Sequence record: DRR378314_799
DNA length: 64,000 bases
Reading direction: 5' to 3' (one strand)
Shown in pieces: positions 1-9,977 of the stretch. Below the pieces are notes generated by a model that saw nothing but the letters and a program-made list of their open reading frames with translations, ran no database searches and was not told where the DNA came from. A program made the position numbers and the translations under genes. Each line of letters starts with the position of its first letter. The first letter of the stretch is position 1.

Positions 1-124
1 CCCACCTGATGCAAGAGCATCAGGCTACTACATTCTATTAATTAGATGTTAATCTACTAATAATACGTATTTTCATTCTATAAATATGAACTAATATGAA
101 ACTTAGACAAATCAGGAAAACTTT

Positions 125-676
125 ATGTGGAAAAACACATCAGATAAATACGGTTTGACAGCAGTATTAATTCACTGGCTGTCGGCCTTAATAATATTTG
201 GTTTATTTGCTTTAGGCTGGTGGATGCTAACTCTGACCTACTACGACGAGTGGTATCGTCTTGGCCCCTGGTGGCATAAATCGTTTGGCATTACCTTACT
301 TATTGTAACGGTTTTACGAGTGTTCTGGACTTTAACCAATACTAAGCCTAAACCTTTAGGTAGCAAGTTCGAGCGGTTAGGAGCAAAAGCAGGCCACTTT
401 TTACTTTATTTACTGCTATTCACAGTAATGATTAGCGGTTTTTTGATTTCAACAGCAGATGGTAGTTCTATCAGCGTATTTGACTGGTTCTCGGTACCAG
501 CAGTAATAACCGATTTACCAAAGCAAGAAGATATTGCTGGTGACATACATTGGTATTCAGCGTTGTCTTTAGTGATCCTGGCTGGTGGGCATGGGTTAGC
601 AGCGCTGAAACATCATTTTATTAATAGAGACAGCATACTTATTCGAATGTTTGGAAAAACTAAGAGGAAATCATAA
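125..676 (+). CDS. Cytochrome b561 (YceJ/CybB family)
   Basis: Four hydrophobic segments with heme-ligand His motifs (LIHW, HKSFG, HFLLY, HW..A, H..AALKHH); coupled to yceI through a TAATG overlap. Confidence 0.9.
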   Translation: MWKNTSDKYGLTAVLIHWLSALIIFGLFALGWWMLTLTYYDEWYRLGPWWHKSFGITLLIVTVLRVFWTLTNTKPKPLGSKFERLGAKAGHFLLYLLLFTVMISGFLISTADGSSISVFDWFSVPAVITDLPKQEDIAGDIHWYSALSLVILAGGHGLAALKHHFINRDSILIRMFGKTKRKS

Positions 677-1257
677 TGAAAAAGACATTAATTGCAGCCG
701 CTGTAGCGGGTAGTGCGTTATTTACGTCGGCAGCTATAGCTGAAGACTATAAAATTGATACTGAAGGTCAACACGCCTTTATTGAGTTTAAAATTAGTCA
801 CTTAGGCTACAGTTGGTTATACGGCCGTTTTAACGACTTCGAAGGCTCCTTTAGCTATGACGAGAATGCACCGGAGAGTGCCTCTGTTAACGTCACAATC
901 GATACCTCCAGCGTTGATACTAACCACGCTGAGCGTGACAAACACTTACGTGGCGATGACTTCTTGAGTGTTTCTGATCACCCTACTGCTACGTTCAAAA
1001 GTACTAAATATGTTCCGGACGATGACGACGAAGGTGAAGGCACTATGTATGGTGAATTCACTCTTAATGGTGTAACCAAAGAGATAGCTATCGAAGTTGA
1101 GCATGTTGGTGCAGGTAAAGATCCATGGGGCGGATTCCGTCGTGGCTTCGAAGGTGAAGTAGACCTAACCTTGGCTGATTACGGAATTGACTATAACTTA
1201 GGCCCAACGGCTAAAGAAGTTGAGCTGACGCTGTCAATTGAAGGTATACGTCAATAA
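676..1257 (+). CDS. yceI: YceI family periplasmic polyisoprenoid-binding protein
   Basis: Signal peptide; motifs [38 protein letters not shown]. Confidence 0.93.
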   Translation: MKKTLIAAAVAGSALFTSAAIAEDYKIDTEGQHAFIEFKISHLGYSWLYGRFNDFEGSFSYDENAPESASVNVTIDTSSVDTNHAERDKHLRGDDFLSVSDHPTATFKSTKYVPDDDDEGEGTMYGEFTLNGVTKEIAIEVEHVGAGKDPWGGFRRGFEGEVDLTLADYGIDYNLGPTAKEVELTLSIEGIRQ

Positions 1258-1276
1258 TTACAGCGCCAACGTTTAA

Positions 1277-2440
1277 CTAGTGAGCTAACGCCTCTTTATA
1301 GGCGTTAGCAGCTAGCTGACTATCACCAAGAGCATGATAAGCATTGCCCAATAAGCGGTAGACGTGACTGCTGGGTTCAATTTCTACTAACTTTTTCAAA
1401 GCACGTTGCGCTAACGAAAAGTCCTGATTATCCATAGCGATTTGTGCAAGAGCATAGAGGTAATCTCTATTTTCCGGATCTTGTTTCAACTGAGCTTGAA
1501 CAAACTCCAGCAACTTTTCCGATTTCGCATTAAATAAATGCAAAGAGTTAACGGCAGCTGGTTGCAACTCCCCTCTTTTTAATCCTTTTAAAATCACTCT
1601 GGCAGAGACTTCGTAATCACCTAAATGTTTCAACGCGGCGGCATAACTTAACCTGATAGTTGCGTCGCTGCGTTGTTTGCTGGGAAGGCTGCGCCATTCG
1701 TTGTACAGCATCTCGTTACTTTTGCGACCCTCAGCAACAAAGCGTTCAAAATAGACTTGATATTCAAGACGGTCAAATTCGGCTGGAGCTAGGTCGGTTA
1801 CACGGCGCAACTCAGGTAATAGCTCTTTCAGTTGCTGCCAGTTTCCGGACGCTTTAAAGACCCGATAAGCTAACTTAAGTACATTGGCAGAGTGTGGCTT
1901 AGCTTCTAATAAGCTTCGCATCTCTTTATCCGCTTCTGTCGGGTCTTTTTTTACTGACTGTTCAATGGAAACAAGCTGAAGCAGTGTATCTGCATTATCA
2001 TAAAATGCCCCTGCTTCATCGTGCCAGTAAGTTGCCTTTCCGGCGTCTTTATTGAGGCAGGCGGCAATTGCAGTTAACGCGGCAATGTTGTTATCAGGAG
2101 ATTTTTTGTAAGCCTTAGACAGGCTCTCAGTTGCTTTTTCGGGATTGTCATCGAGCAGCTCGCGTATGCCCTGCTGAAAAATGTTCTGAGCTTTACGTTC
2201 GCTTCGATTTGCCAACCACTTCCGACCCTGGCGGGTTTTGCTAAGCAGCCGGCGCAGTAATGACACCACAACACTGAGTACGGCAATTGCCACAATAGTA
2301 ACGACAAACAGGCCGACTACGGTTGTCTCAATCGCTACTCCGGCAAACTGAACTAAAACATAGCCCGCGTTACCCGACGCGAGTGGTCCAATAATGGCCC
2401 CCAATATAATGATGACAACCAGAGCTATGATCCATTTCAT
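1277..2440 (-). CDS. hemY: HemY-type heme biosynthesis-associated membrane/TPR protein
   Basis: Two N-terminal TM helices around GYVLV, helical TPR-like C-terminus, last gene of hemC-hemD-hemX. Confidence 0.8.
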   Translation of the reverse strand: MKWIIALVVIIILGAIIGPLASGNAGYVLVQFAGVAIETTVVGLFVVTIVAIAVLSVVVSLLRRLLSKTRQGRKWLANRSERKAQNIFQQGIRELLDDNPEKATESLSKAYKKSPDNNIAALTAIAACLNKDAGKATYWHDEAGAFYDNADTLLQLVSIEQSVKKDPTEADKEMRSLLEAKPHSANVLKLAYRVFKASGNWQQLKELLPELRRVTDLAPAEFDRLEYQVYFERFVAEGRKSNEMLYNEWRSLPSKQRSDATIRLSYAAALKHLGDYEVSARVILKGLKRGELQPAAVNSLHLFNAKSEKLLEFVQAQLKQDPENRDYLYALAQIAMDNQDFSLAQRALKKLVEIEPSSHVYRLLGNAYHALGDSQLAANAYKEALAH

Positions 2441-3564
2441 GAGGCATCTCCCTGCTCAATAGCCTGAGCGATGAAGTCCAGCGATTCAAGCTGCTCTATA
2501 CTCTGCTGTTCAAAGTCTTCCTGGCCTAGTGACTGAATACGCGAAATAATATCCTGTGAAGCTGCACCATCGCCTTTTACTTGCGCAATTAGCTTAGATA
2601 ATTGGTCCAGGTAGCGCTGCCACAATTCATCATTGTTCTTTACAGCCGCCTGTTGAGCCAGAGTAAATAGTAGTTGAATGCGTTCGTTTATTGCTGTGCG
2701 CTGGGTCGCACTCAGCAGAGGTTTAGGATCGCTGTCTACGGGTTGAATGCGGATAAAGTTATCAAGGAAGGACTGCCAGTTAGCACTCAGGTTCGTTTGC
2801 CAGTCATTAACATCGCCACTGACATTTTGAGTATTGGAACTTAAGCGCTGTTGATTACTGTTTACTTCGTCGGGCAGGTCTGACACGCGTTGTTGCAGAC
2901 CCACGAGTTGCATTGCCAGGTCAGTATTGTCTGCTTTAACTGCGGCATTCACTCGTTCAATATCACCCGCCAGCTTCTCGCGGGTACGAATTGCGTTACG
3001 ACTGTCGATACCCGACAGCTGCTGGTCGGCTAACTTCAAAAGTTGCAGCGCCGCTTTGTAGTCGTCCTGACTCCACATCATTCGTGCAGCCGCTGATAAG
3101 GTTTGTTTTATTTCCAGTAGACGCCAGTAAGCCGCTTTTTCGGCAGGCGTTTTGCGCATGTCGTCACGAAGATCTTCGAGGCTCTGACGCAAACTCGTCA
3201 GTTCCCGCTGCAGTTGTTGGTCGGTGTTACTCAACCTATCCAGTTCGCGGGACTGCACGGTGTTCTGTAGTTGTTGTTCCAGATTTCCAACGGAACGTTC
3301 CAGTTGTTTAAAGCGCGTTTCAACCGGATCTTCCTGCGGTTGCTCACTAACCTGCTCAGAGTCTGTGTTAAATAAACCAGGGAAACGCGTATAGCCCCAG
3401 TATGCGGCGGCGACAATAGCGATTAAAACAATAAGCCAGACTAAGCGTTTGAAGAAACGCCCGCTACTTTTCTCGGCGGTTATGGTTTCTTCTTCTGTGC
3501 TCTTCTCGCTACTTTGTTCATTATTCTGAACTTCTTCGTTCTCAATTTTATTCTCTTCAGTCAT
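2437..3564 (-). CDS. hemX: HemX family membrane-anchored coiled-coil protein
   Basis: Single TM, long coiled coil, W..NL...W..F...FIRI and PLL motifs; position in the hem operon. Start could be 3564 or 3576. Confidence 0.8.
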   Translation of the reverse strand: MTEENKIENEEVQNNEQSSEKSTEEETITAEKSSGRFFKRLVWLIVLIAIVAAAYWGYTRFPGLFNTDSEQVSEQPQEDPVETRFKQLERSVGNLEQQLQNTVQSRELDRLSNTDQQLQRELTSLRQSLEDLRDDMRKTPAEKAAYWRLLEIKQTLSAAARMMWSQDDYKAALQLLKLADQQLSGIDSRNAIRTREKLAGDIERVNAAVKADNTDLAMQLVGLQQRVSDLPDEVNSNQQRLSSNTQNVSGDVNDWQTNLSANWQSFLDNFIRIQPVDSDPKPLLSATQRTAINERIQLLFTLAQQAAVKNNDELWQRYLDQLSKLIAQVKGDGAASQDIISRIQSLGQEDFEQQSIEQLESLDFIAQAIEQGDAS

Positions 3565-4318
3565 GAGTTTTTCCATCCGCTATTAGCGCATTCATTAATA
3601 TGGCGTCCGCTGCACTGCCTGTCACTTTGATATTGTCTGATTGTCCGAAAGGAATCAAACCTTTCAGGCGATGACTTGGAACTATCCACTGACAGCTATC
3701 CAGCCAGCTTTGGGCAGAGTTTGGCATAGACGACAAAAAGTATCCCAGTTGTTCAGCGCTGGTAACAACAATAGTACCAACTGAGCTTATCCACTGCTGA
3801 ATCAGTTCAGGGTCGTTCAATGTGAGTTGTTTTCGGCGATACACTTCCCAGTAATCGACAGAAGCTCCGCGAGCTCGTATGGCATCCGCCAATAATTCAC
3901 GACCGCCTTCTCCGCGAATGATCAACCAGTTCTGTTGCTGCAGTTTTTGTAATTCAGACAACTCCAGCAACCCTTCCGACTGATGTATGAAGGCCGGACA
4001 GCTCACGGCAGTGTTTAAATGTTTGCACGCAAAAGAAGCGGTTCCCGGACCGACTGCATAATATTTAGAAGGAACCCCGCTAAAACCAGCCCGGGAGGCA
4101 TAATGAGCTGCATTTTTACTGACAATAACAATGCCGTCCCAATGCTTTTGTTTAATCTGGGTCAGCTGCTCTTTATTCACAGGTAAAGACTCTATCTCAA
4201 TAAAACTGTGAACAAAGCATTTTCTGCCAGTTTCGCGCAGCTGTTGGGTAAAGTCGTCCGGACTCTTGCCCGGACGCAGCAGTAAAACCGCTTTATGAGA
4301 GACTGGATTCACTGTCAT
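3557..4318 (-). CDS. hemD: Uroporphyrinogen-III synthase
   Basis: Motifs [40 protein letters not shown]. Confidence 0.92.
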   Translation of the reverse strand: MTVNPVSHKAVLLLRPGKSPDDFTQQLRETGRKCFVHSFIEIESLPVNKEQLTQIKQKHWDGIVIVSKNAAHYASRAGFSGVPSKYYAVGPGTASFACKHLNTAVSCPAFIHQSEGLLELSELQKLQQQNWLIIRGEGGRELLADAIRARGASVDYWEVYRRKQLTLNDPELIQQWISSVGTIVVTSAEQLGYFLSSMPNSAQSWLDSCQWIVPSHRLKGLIPFGQSDNIKVTGSAADAILMNALIADGKTHD

Positions 4319-5234
4319 AGACTGCGCTCAGAATTTCAGCTGCACCTTGTTTAAGTAACCGCTCAGCAAGTTCTGAACCTAACTCTTCGGCTTTAGACGC
4401 CGGGCCGCGCACTTCATCACGAAGCACTTTTCCGCCATCAGGTTCACCAACCAGGCCGCGTAAATAGACTTCATCACCTTCCAGCTCTGCATAAGCACCA
4501 ATAGGCACCTGACAGCCGCCATCCAGCCCGCGGTTCATTGCCCGTTCAGCTAACACCCGGGTACGGGTTTCCTGACATTGCAGCGGTGCAAGTAAGGCTT
4601 TCATTTCGTCGTCATCGCTGCGGCACTCAATACCCAGTGCGCCTTGTCCATTAGCCGGTAATGACTGCTCCACCGGAATAAAGGAGGTAATGCGGTCGCC
4701 CAGCTCCAGTCGAATGAGACCCGATGCCGCCAGGATAATGGCATCAAATTCACCTTCATCCAGTTTGCGTAAACGTGTTTGAACGTTGCCGCGTAAATCT
4801 TTTATGACTAAATGTGGAAACTGCTCTTTTACCTGGCAGCGGCGACGTAAACTACAGGTTCCGACTACTGCGCCTTCCGGCAGCTCATTAAGGTTTTTGT
4901 AGTTGTTGGATACAAAAGCATCGCGCGGATCTTCGCGTTCGCAAATGGTGTGAAGCTCCAGCCCCGGCGGGAACTCAACCGGTAAGTCTTTCATGCTGTG
5001 TACGGCAATATCAGCACGGCCTTCCAGCATCGCCACTTCCAGTTCTTTTACGAACAAGCCTTTACCGCCAATTTTTGCCAGCGGAGTATCCAGAATGACA
5101 TCGCCCTTGGTAGACATAGGAACCAGCTCTACCGACAGGCCCGGATGCAGCTTTTCAAGGCGTTGTTGAATGTGTTCAGCCTGCCATAAAGCCAGCTTGC
5201 TTTTGCGTGTTGCAATTCTAACGCTTTGGGTCAT
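4293..5234 (-). CDS. hemC: Porphobilinogen deaminase (hydroxymethylbilane synthase)
   Basis: [45 protein letters not shown]. Confidence 0.98.
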   Translation of the reverse strand: MTQSVRIATRKSKLALWQAEHIQQRLEKLHPGLSVELVPMSTKGDVILDTPLAKIGGKGLFVKELEVAMLEGRADIAVHSMKDLPVEFPPGLELHTICEREDPRDAFVSNNYKNLNELPEGAVVGTCSLRRRCQVKEQFPHLVIKDLRGNVQTRLRKLDEGEFDAIILAASGLIRLELGDRITSFIPVEQSLPANGQGALGIECRSDDDEMKALLAPLQCQETRTRVLAERAMNRGLDGGCQVPIGAYAELEGDEVYLRGLVGEPDGGKVLRDEVRGPASKAEELGSELAERLLKQGAAEILSAVYDSESSLS

Positions 5235-5326
5235 TCGTTTTCCTTTACGACGATTAATGACTTTTTAGGTATCTGGTGCGATGATAGGCATCATAGAAAC
5301 CCAAACGGAATACCTATAGTTTAGCG

Positions 5327-5473
5327 ATGTTTAGTCGAATTGTAATCAAGACGCTGGTGCTATCAGCCATTTTAATGACTTTAGTCGGTTGTGGTCAGAA
5401 AGGACCACTGACGCCTGAGCCTATGCCAGAGCAAAATACACCTGCAGAGCCGCCGGCGGAAGACACCAAATGA
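5327..5473 (+). CDS. lptM: Small lipoprotein of the LptM/YifL (LppL) family, 48 aa; absent from the ORF track
   Basis: Hand translation [48 protein letters not shown]; lipobox LVGC followed by GQKGPL; stop overlaps the lysA start (ATGA). Confidence 0.88.
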   Translation: MFSRIVIKTLVLSAILMTLVGCGQKGPLTPEPMPEQNTPAEPPAEDTK

Positions 5474-6732
5474 GCGAATTAATTGACTATAAAAATGGTC
5501 AGTTTCATATTGAAAACTGCGACGTCGAGAGTCTTATTGAGCGCTTTAGCTCGCCTTTGTATGTTTATTCCAAAGGTCAGATTCTAAAAAATTGGCGTGA
5601 GTTTCAGCAATACTGGCCCGCACCTCATAAGCTGTGTTATGCAGTAAAAGCCAATAGCAATTTAGCTATTTTGCAGTTACTGGCTGAGCATGGCGCAGGT
5701 TTCGATATTGTTTCCGGTGGCGAGCTTCAGCGCGTACTCATGGCTGGTGGTAAAGCTGGCGACGTGGTCTTTTCCGGTGTAGCGAAGTCAAAAGACGAAA
5801 TCATTATGGCGCTGGAAGCGGGCATTGGCTGCTTTAACGTAGAGTCTGAGGCGGAGCTTGAGCGTATTCAGGACATTGCTGCCGCCATGGACAAACAGGC
5901 TCCGGTGTCGTTAAGAGTGAACCCCGACGTTGATGCCAAAACGCATCCGTACATTGCCACAGGCATGAAAGCCAACAAGTTTGGCATTAGCATGTCACTG
6001 GCCAAGCCGGTTTTTCTGAAGGCGCATAGCCTACCTAATATTAATTTAATTGGTGCGGACTGCCATATTGGCTCACAAATAATGACAGCTGAGCCTTTCC
6101 TCGATGCCGCGCAGCGCATGTTTAACCTGGTTTCGGAACTGGAAAAAGACGGTGTCCAGCTGACACACCTGGATTTAGGTGGCGGTTTTGGTGTGGCGTA
6201 TCAGCCGGAAGAGCCGTTGGATAAGTCCTTTTATTTAAAGGAACTGGTCAAGTTAGCCGAGAATTACCCGCAAATTACTTTGGTACTGGAACCCGGTCGT
6301 GCTATTACCGCAGACGCGGGGGTTTTGCTGACCACAGTGGAATACATTAAACCCTCAGAAGATAAGAACTTTGTGTTGGTTGACGCCGGCATGAACGATT
6401 TAATACGTCCGTCTTTGTACCAGGCCTGGCACGACATTTTACCCGCGCACGAAAATAAGCGCGGCGGCGACCAGTTGAATGATATTGTCGGCCCGGTGTG
6501 TGAAACCGGCGACTTTTTCGGACACGCACGGCATTTAAATGTGCAACAGGGCGACGTACTGGCCATTAAACATGCCGGTGCCTATGGTTTTACTATGGCG
6601 TCTAACTATAACAGTCGTGGCCGCCCGCCCGAGGTTTTGGTCTCAGGTGATAATGCTACACTGATCCGCGAACGTGAAAGCTTTAACGATCTCGTCCGGG
6701 GCGAGCACTTGTTACACCAGGAAGGCCAATAA
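5470..6732 (+). CDS. lysA: Diaminopimelate decarboxylase
   Basis: YAVKAN (PLP lysine), [32 protein letters not shown]. Confidence 0.97.
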   Translation: MSELIDYKNGQFHIENCDVESLIERFSSPLYVYSKGQILKNWREFQQYWPAPHKLCYAVKANSNLAILQLLAEHGAGFDIVSGGELQRVLMAGGKAGDVVFSGVAKSKDEIIMALEAGIGCFNVESEAELERIQDIAAAMDKQAPVSLRVNPDVDAKTHPYIATGMKANKFGISMSLAKPVFLKAHSLPNINLIGADCHIGSQIMTAEPFLDAAQRMFNLVSELEKDGVQLTHLDLGGGFGVAYQPEEPLDKSFYLKELVKLAENYPQITLVLEPGRAITADAGVLLTTVEYIKPSEDKNFVLVDAGMNDLIRPSLYQAWHDILPAHENKRGGDQLNDIVGPVCETGDFFGHARHLNVQQGDVLAIKHAGAYGFTMASNYNSRGRPPEVLVSGDNATLIRERESFNDLVRGEHLLHQEGQ

Positions 6733-6734
6733 AA

Positions 6735-7562
6735 ATGTTATTACATTTTTCAAAAATGCACGGGCTCGGCAACGACTTTATGGTGGTGGATAACGTCACT
6801 CAGAATTTATATGTGAACCCAGACCAAATACGTCGCTGGGCAGACCGGCACACGGGCATTGGTTTTGATCAGATGCTGTTAGTTGAGCCGCCCTATGACC
6901 CTGATTTGGATTTTCACTACCGCATTTTTAATGCCGATGGCAGCGAAGTTGCTCAATGTGGTAATGGTGCCCGCTGCTTTGCGAAGTTTGTAAAAGCTAA
7001 AAACTTAAGCAATAAGAATCACCTTAAAGTCAGTACCAAGGCCGGAAAAATGGTTCTGCACTTAGAGAAAGACGGTCAGGTGACGGTGGATATGGGCGAA
7101 CCCTTATTCGAACCGGCGGCGGTGCCTTTTAAAGCGCAAAAAGCAGAACAGACCTATGTTTTAAGAGTAAAAGAAGAAACGGTTCTTTGTGGTGTTCTGG
7201 GGTTAGGCAATCCACATTGTGTTATTGCCGTGGATAACGTCGACACGGCGCCCGTGGAAACTCTGGGAGCGGCTCTGGCAGCGCATGAACGTTTTCCGGA
7301 AAGCGTGAATGTAGGTTTTATGCAGAAAGTATCGGCTGATGAAATTAAACTGCGCGTGTTTGAGCGTGGTGTTGGTGAAACTCGGGCGTGCGGCAGTGGC
7401 GCCTGCGCCGCAGCTGTAGCCGGCATTCAGCAAGGCTTATTAAATGAGCGAGTAAAAGTCAGCTTGCCTGGCGGGGACTTAATTATCCGTTGGCAGCAGG
7501 GGCAGCCTGTAAAAATGACCGGCCCCGCAGAATTAGTTTACGATGGACAAATGGTGTTATGA
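6735..7562 (+). CDS. dapF: Diaminopimelate epimerase
   Basis: [36 protein letters not shown]. Confidence 0.98.
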   Translation: MLLHFSKMHGLGNDFMVVDNVTQNLYVNPDQIRRWADRHTGIGFDQMLLVEPPYDPDLDFHYRIFNADGSEVAQCGNGARCFAKFVKAKNLSNKNHLKVSTKAGKMVLHLEKDGQVTVDMGEPLFEPAAVPFKAQKAEQTYVLRVKEETVLCGVLGLGNPHCVIAVDNVDTAPVETLGAALAAHERFPESVNVGFMQKVSADEIKLRVFERGVGETRACGSGACAAAVAGIQQGLLNERVKVSLPGGDLIIRWQQGQPVKMTGPAELVYDGQMVL

Positions 7563-8254
7563 GTAGCGAATCGAAAATGATTGCAAATGAACGTTTAGAC
7601 GACAGCCTTATAAGAGAATACTTACAAGAGAACCCTGATTTTTTCACGAGAAACGATGACTTACTGGCTCAGTTACAGTTTCAACACAGTGAAAAAGGCG
7701 CCGTCTCGTTAATTGAACGGCAGCAGCAAAAGCTGCGTTTGCGCGTACAGCAGCTGGAAGAAGAAATTACCGAGCTGATGATAAACGCGCGCCGCAATGA
7801 AGCTATTTTCTCGGCTTACAGCAACTTATACGTCAGTCTGTTGCGCTGTCAGAGCCTGAGTCAGGTTCTGGATGAACTGCAAAACACCTTTGAGAATGAG
7901 CTGGAAATGCCGGCCTTGTCCTTGAAGTTTTTCGACAGCCCGGTGGATTTAGGCGAGCAATACAGCTTTGCTTCCGACACTCACAAAAAGCTACTAAGCA
8001 AACGTTTCAATGAAAGTTCTATTTATCTCGGTCGCTTAACGGAGCAAGAGCATAAGCTGTTGTTTCAAGACGAAGAAATAGCCTCAGTGGCACTGCTGTT
8101 GTTGGGTGACAATGGCGAACTGGGGATGCTGGCGGTTGGTAATACTAACGCCAGTCACTTTGAGCCGGCAATGGACAAGTTACTGATCAATCAGCTACAG
8201 GCCTTGCTCAGCGCATTGTTACCGGGGCTACTGCAAAACCATGAAGCTGCATGA
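7559..8254 (+). CDS. yigA: DUF484 (YigA) family protein
   Basis: YL..NPDFF, H...GAVSLIERQ...LR; lies between dapF and xerC; ATG at 7559 overlaps the dapF stop. Confidence 0.88.
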   Translation: MSSESKMIANERLDDSLIREYLQENPDFFTRNDDLLAQLQFQHSEKGAVSLIERQQQKLRLRVQQLEEEITELMINARRNEAIFSAYSNLYVSLLRCQSLSQVLDELQNTFENELEMPALSLKFFDSPVDLGEQYSFASDTHKKLLSKRFNESSIYLGRLTEQEHKLLFQDEEIASVALLLLGDNGELGMLAVGNTNASHFEPAMDKLLINQLQALLSALLPGLLQNHEAA

Positions 8255-9143
8255 CTGGCAGCAAAAATGGATGCAAAAACTGCAGGGAGAGCGGGGCTTA
8301 GCGGAGCTAACGCTAAAGAATTACCAGCGCCTTATCGCCGCTGATCTGACTGCTCTTGAACTGCAAAAAATAACGGAACCTAAAGCGCTGCGTGTCCCTG
8401 TTATTGAACGGCTTTTAGTCGGTTGGCGGCGCAATGGGCTGGGTGAACGCAGTATCGCTTTAAAACTATCGGCATGGCGCACTTTCTGTCAGTTCATGGT
8501 GGAATCTAACGCTATGGATGACAACCCGGCCATGTCAGTATCGGCACCTAAAATTCCCAAACGCTTACCCAAAAACCTCGATGTGGACAGTATCTCTCAT
8601 TTGCTAGATTTACCCACAGATGATGACTTAGCCATTCGAGACGCCGCCATGATGGAGCTGCTCTATGCCAGTGGTATTCGTCTGGCGGAGCTGGTGAGTC
8701 TTGATCTAGACCACATTGACCACCGTATGTTGCAATTACGGGTGACCGGTAAAGGTAGCAAAACGCGTATTGTGCCCTTTGGTCGTTGTGCTGAAAAAGC
8801 CTTAAAAAAATGGTTGTCAGTGCGTCAGGCCTGGTTAAATCAAAAGCCTGAGCTGGCGCTCTTTGTGAGCAAAAGGCTACAGCGTATTAGCCCCCGTACT
8901 GTGCAGCAGCGGCTGAATTACTGGGGCAAACAACAAGGTGTGGTGGGTGACTTGCACCCGCATAAGTTACGGCATTCGTTTGCCTCTCATATGCTGGAAT
9001 CTAGTGGTGATTTGCGCGCTGTGCAGGAAATGCTTGGACATGCCAACTTATCCACAACTCAGGTGTATACTCATCTGGACTTTAAACGTTTAGCCAGTGT
9101 TTATGACAGCGCCCACCCGCGCGCCCGGAAAAAATCGACTTAA
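8241..9143 (+). CDS. xerC: Chromosomal tyrosine recombinase XerC
   Basis: LPKNLDVD, RDAAMMELLYASGIRLAEL, GKGSKTR, HPHKLRHSFASH, LGHANLSTTQVYTH, AHPRA; conserved dapF-yigA-xerC-yigB context. Confidence 0.96.
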   Translation: MKLHDWQQKWMQKLQGERGLAELTLKNYQRLIAADLTALELQKITEPKALRVPVIERLLVGWRRNGLGERSIALKLSAWRTFCQFMVESNAMDDNPAMSVSAPKIPKRLPKNLDVDSISHLLDLPTDDDLAIRDAAMMELLYASGIRLAELVSLDLDHIDHRMLQLRVTGKGSKTRIVPFGRCAEKALKKWLSVRQAWLNQKPELALFVSKRLQRISPRTVQQRLNYWGKQQGVVGDLHPHKLRHSFASHMLESSGDLRAVQEMLGHANLSTTQVYTHLDFKRLASVYDSAHPRARKKST

Positions 9144-9169
9144 CTTTTATCAAATAAGAGTAACGCGTT

Positions 9170-9880
9170 ATGCAGTTCCACCGCCGTTGGCATTTACCCA
9201 AAGTTATCAGTTTTGATTTAGACGACACGCTTTATGACAACGTGCCGGTTATGCAGCGTACGGAAGAAGTCGCTCACAGCTATATTGCGGAACAATACCC
9301 GCAAACTGCTGAGTGGGACATGCACCACTGGCGCCGCTTCCGTGATGAGGTTAGCCGTACTGACGAAACTCTTGCCAGCGATATGACCAAACTGCGCCTG
9401 AAGACCCTGGAGCTGGGGTTAGAGAAGTTCGGTGTTGATGATTCGGCACGGGCCGCGAATACCATTATGGATGTGTTTCTGTCCGAGCGCAGTAACTTTG
9501 AAGTGCCACAAGACAGTATAAAATTATTGGAGGCTCTGTCGCAGCGTTACAAATTAATTGCGCTGAGTAATGGCAATGTTAATGCGGATAAAATTGGTCT
9601 GGCTAAGTACTTCGAGCTGGTGATTCAGCCCGGAGACGGCATTCGCGGCAAACCCCTGCCCGATATGTTCGCCGCCGCTGAACGAAAGTTACCTGAGTTG
9701 CAACCGCATGAGTTCTTACATGTGGGAGATCATCCATATTCCGATATTCTTGGCGCGCAGCGTCATGGTTGGCAGTCGGCCTGGCTAACCTCGGGGCTGG
9801 GAACCACTGCGCACTTATCGGTGTTGCCAACCGTTACTTTGCATAACCTGAATCAGCTACAACGGCTTTTATTGGATTAA
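9170..9880 (+). CDS. yigB: HAD-superfamily hydrolase (YigB-like)
   Basis: FDLDDTLYDN, SNGN, KP, HVGD...DI.GA. Confidence 0.88.
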   Translation: MQFHRRWHLPKVISFDLDDTLYDNVPVMQRTEEVAHSYIAEQYPQTAEWDMHHWRRFRDEVSRTDETLASDMTKLRLKTLELGLEKFGVDDSARAANTIMDVFLSERSNFEVPQDSIKLLEALSQRYKLIALSNGNVNADKIGLAKYFELVIQPGDGIRGKPLPDMFAAAERKLPELQPHEFLHVGDHPYSDILGAQRHGWQSAWLTSGLGTTAHLSVLPTVTLHNLNQLQRLLLD

Positions 9881-9894
9881 AGCCGGCGAACAAC

Positions 9895-9914
9895 TACTGG
9901 TTGCTTATACAGTG
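9895..9914. promoter_or_regulatory. LexA (SOS) box upstream of uvrD
   Basis: TACTGGTTGCTTATACAGTG contains CTG-N10-CAG (9897-9912), about 65 bp before the uvrD start; uvrD is an established SOS gene in E. coli. Confidence 0.82.
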
Positions 9915-9977
9915 ATGCACTATTACACTGACGGCATAACGTAATACAGTTCTCAATAATGATTTAGGTGACCGCTA

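Noticed and set aside
8241-9143. Tyrosine recombinase as a phage or island integrase
   Set aside because: It has XerC-specific motifs and sits in the conserved dapF-yigA-xerC-yigB operon.
9928-9949. Second LexA box before uvrD
   Set aside because: CTG and CAG are 16 bp apart rather than 10.
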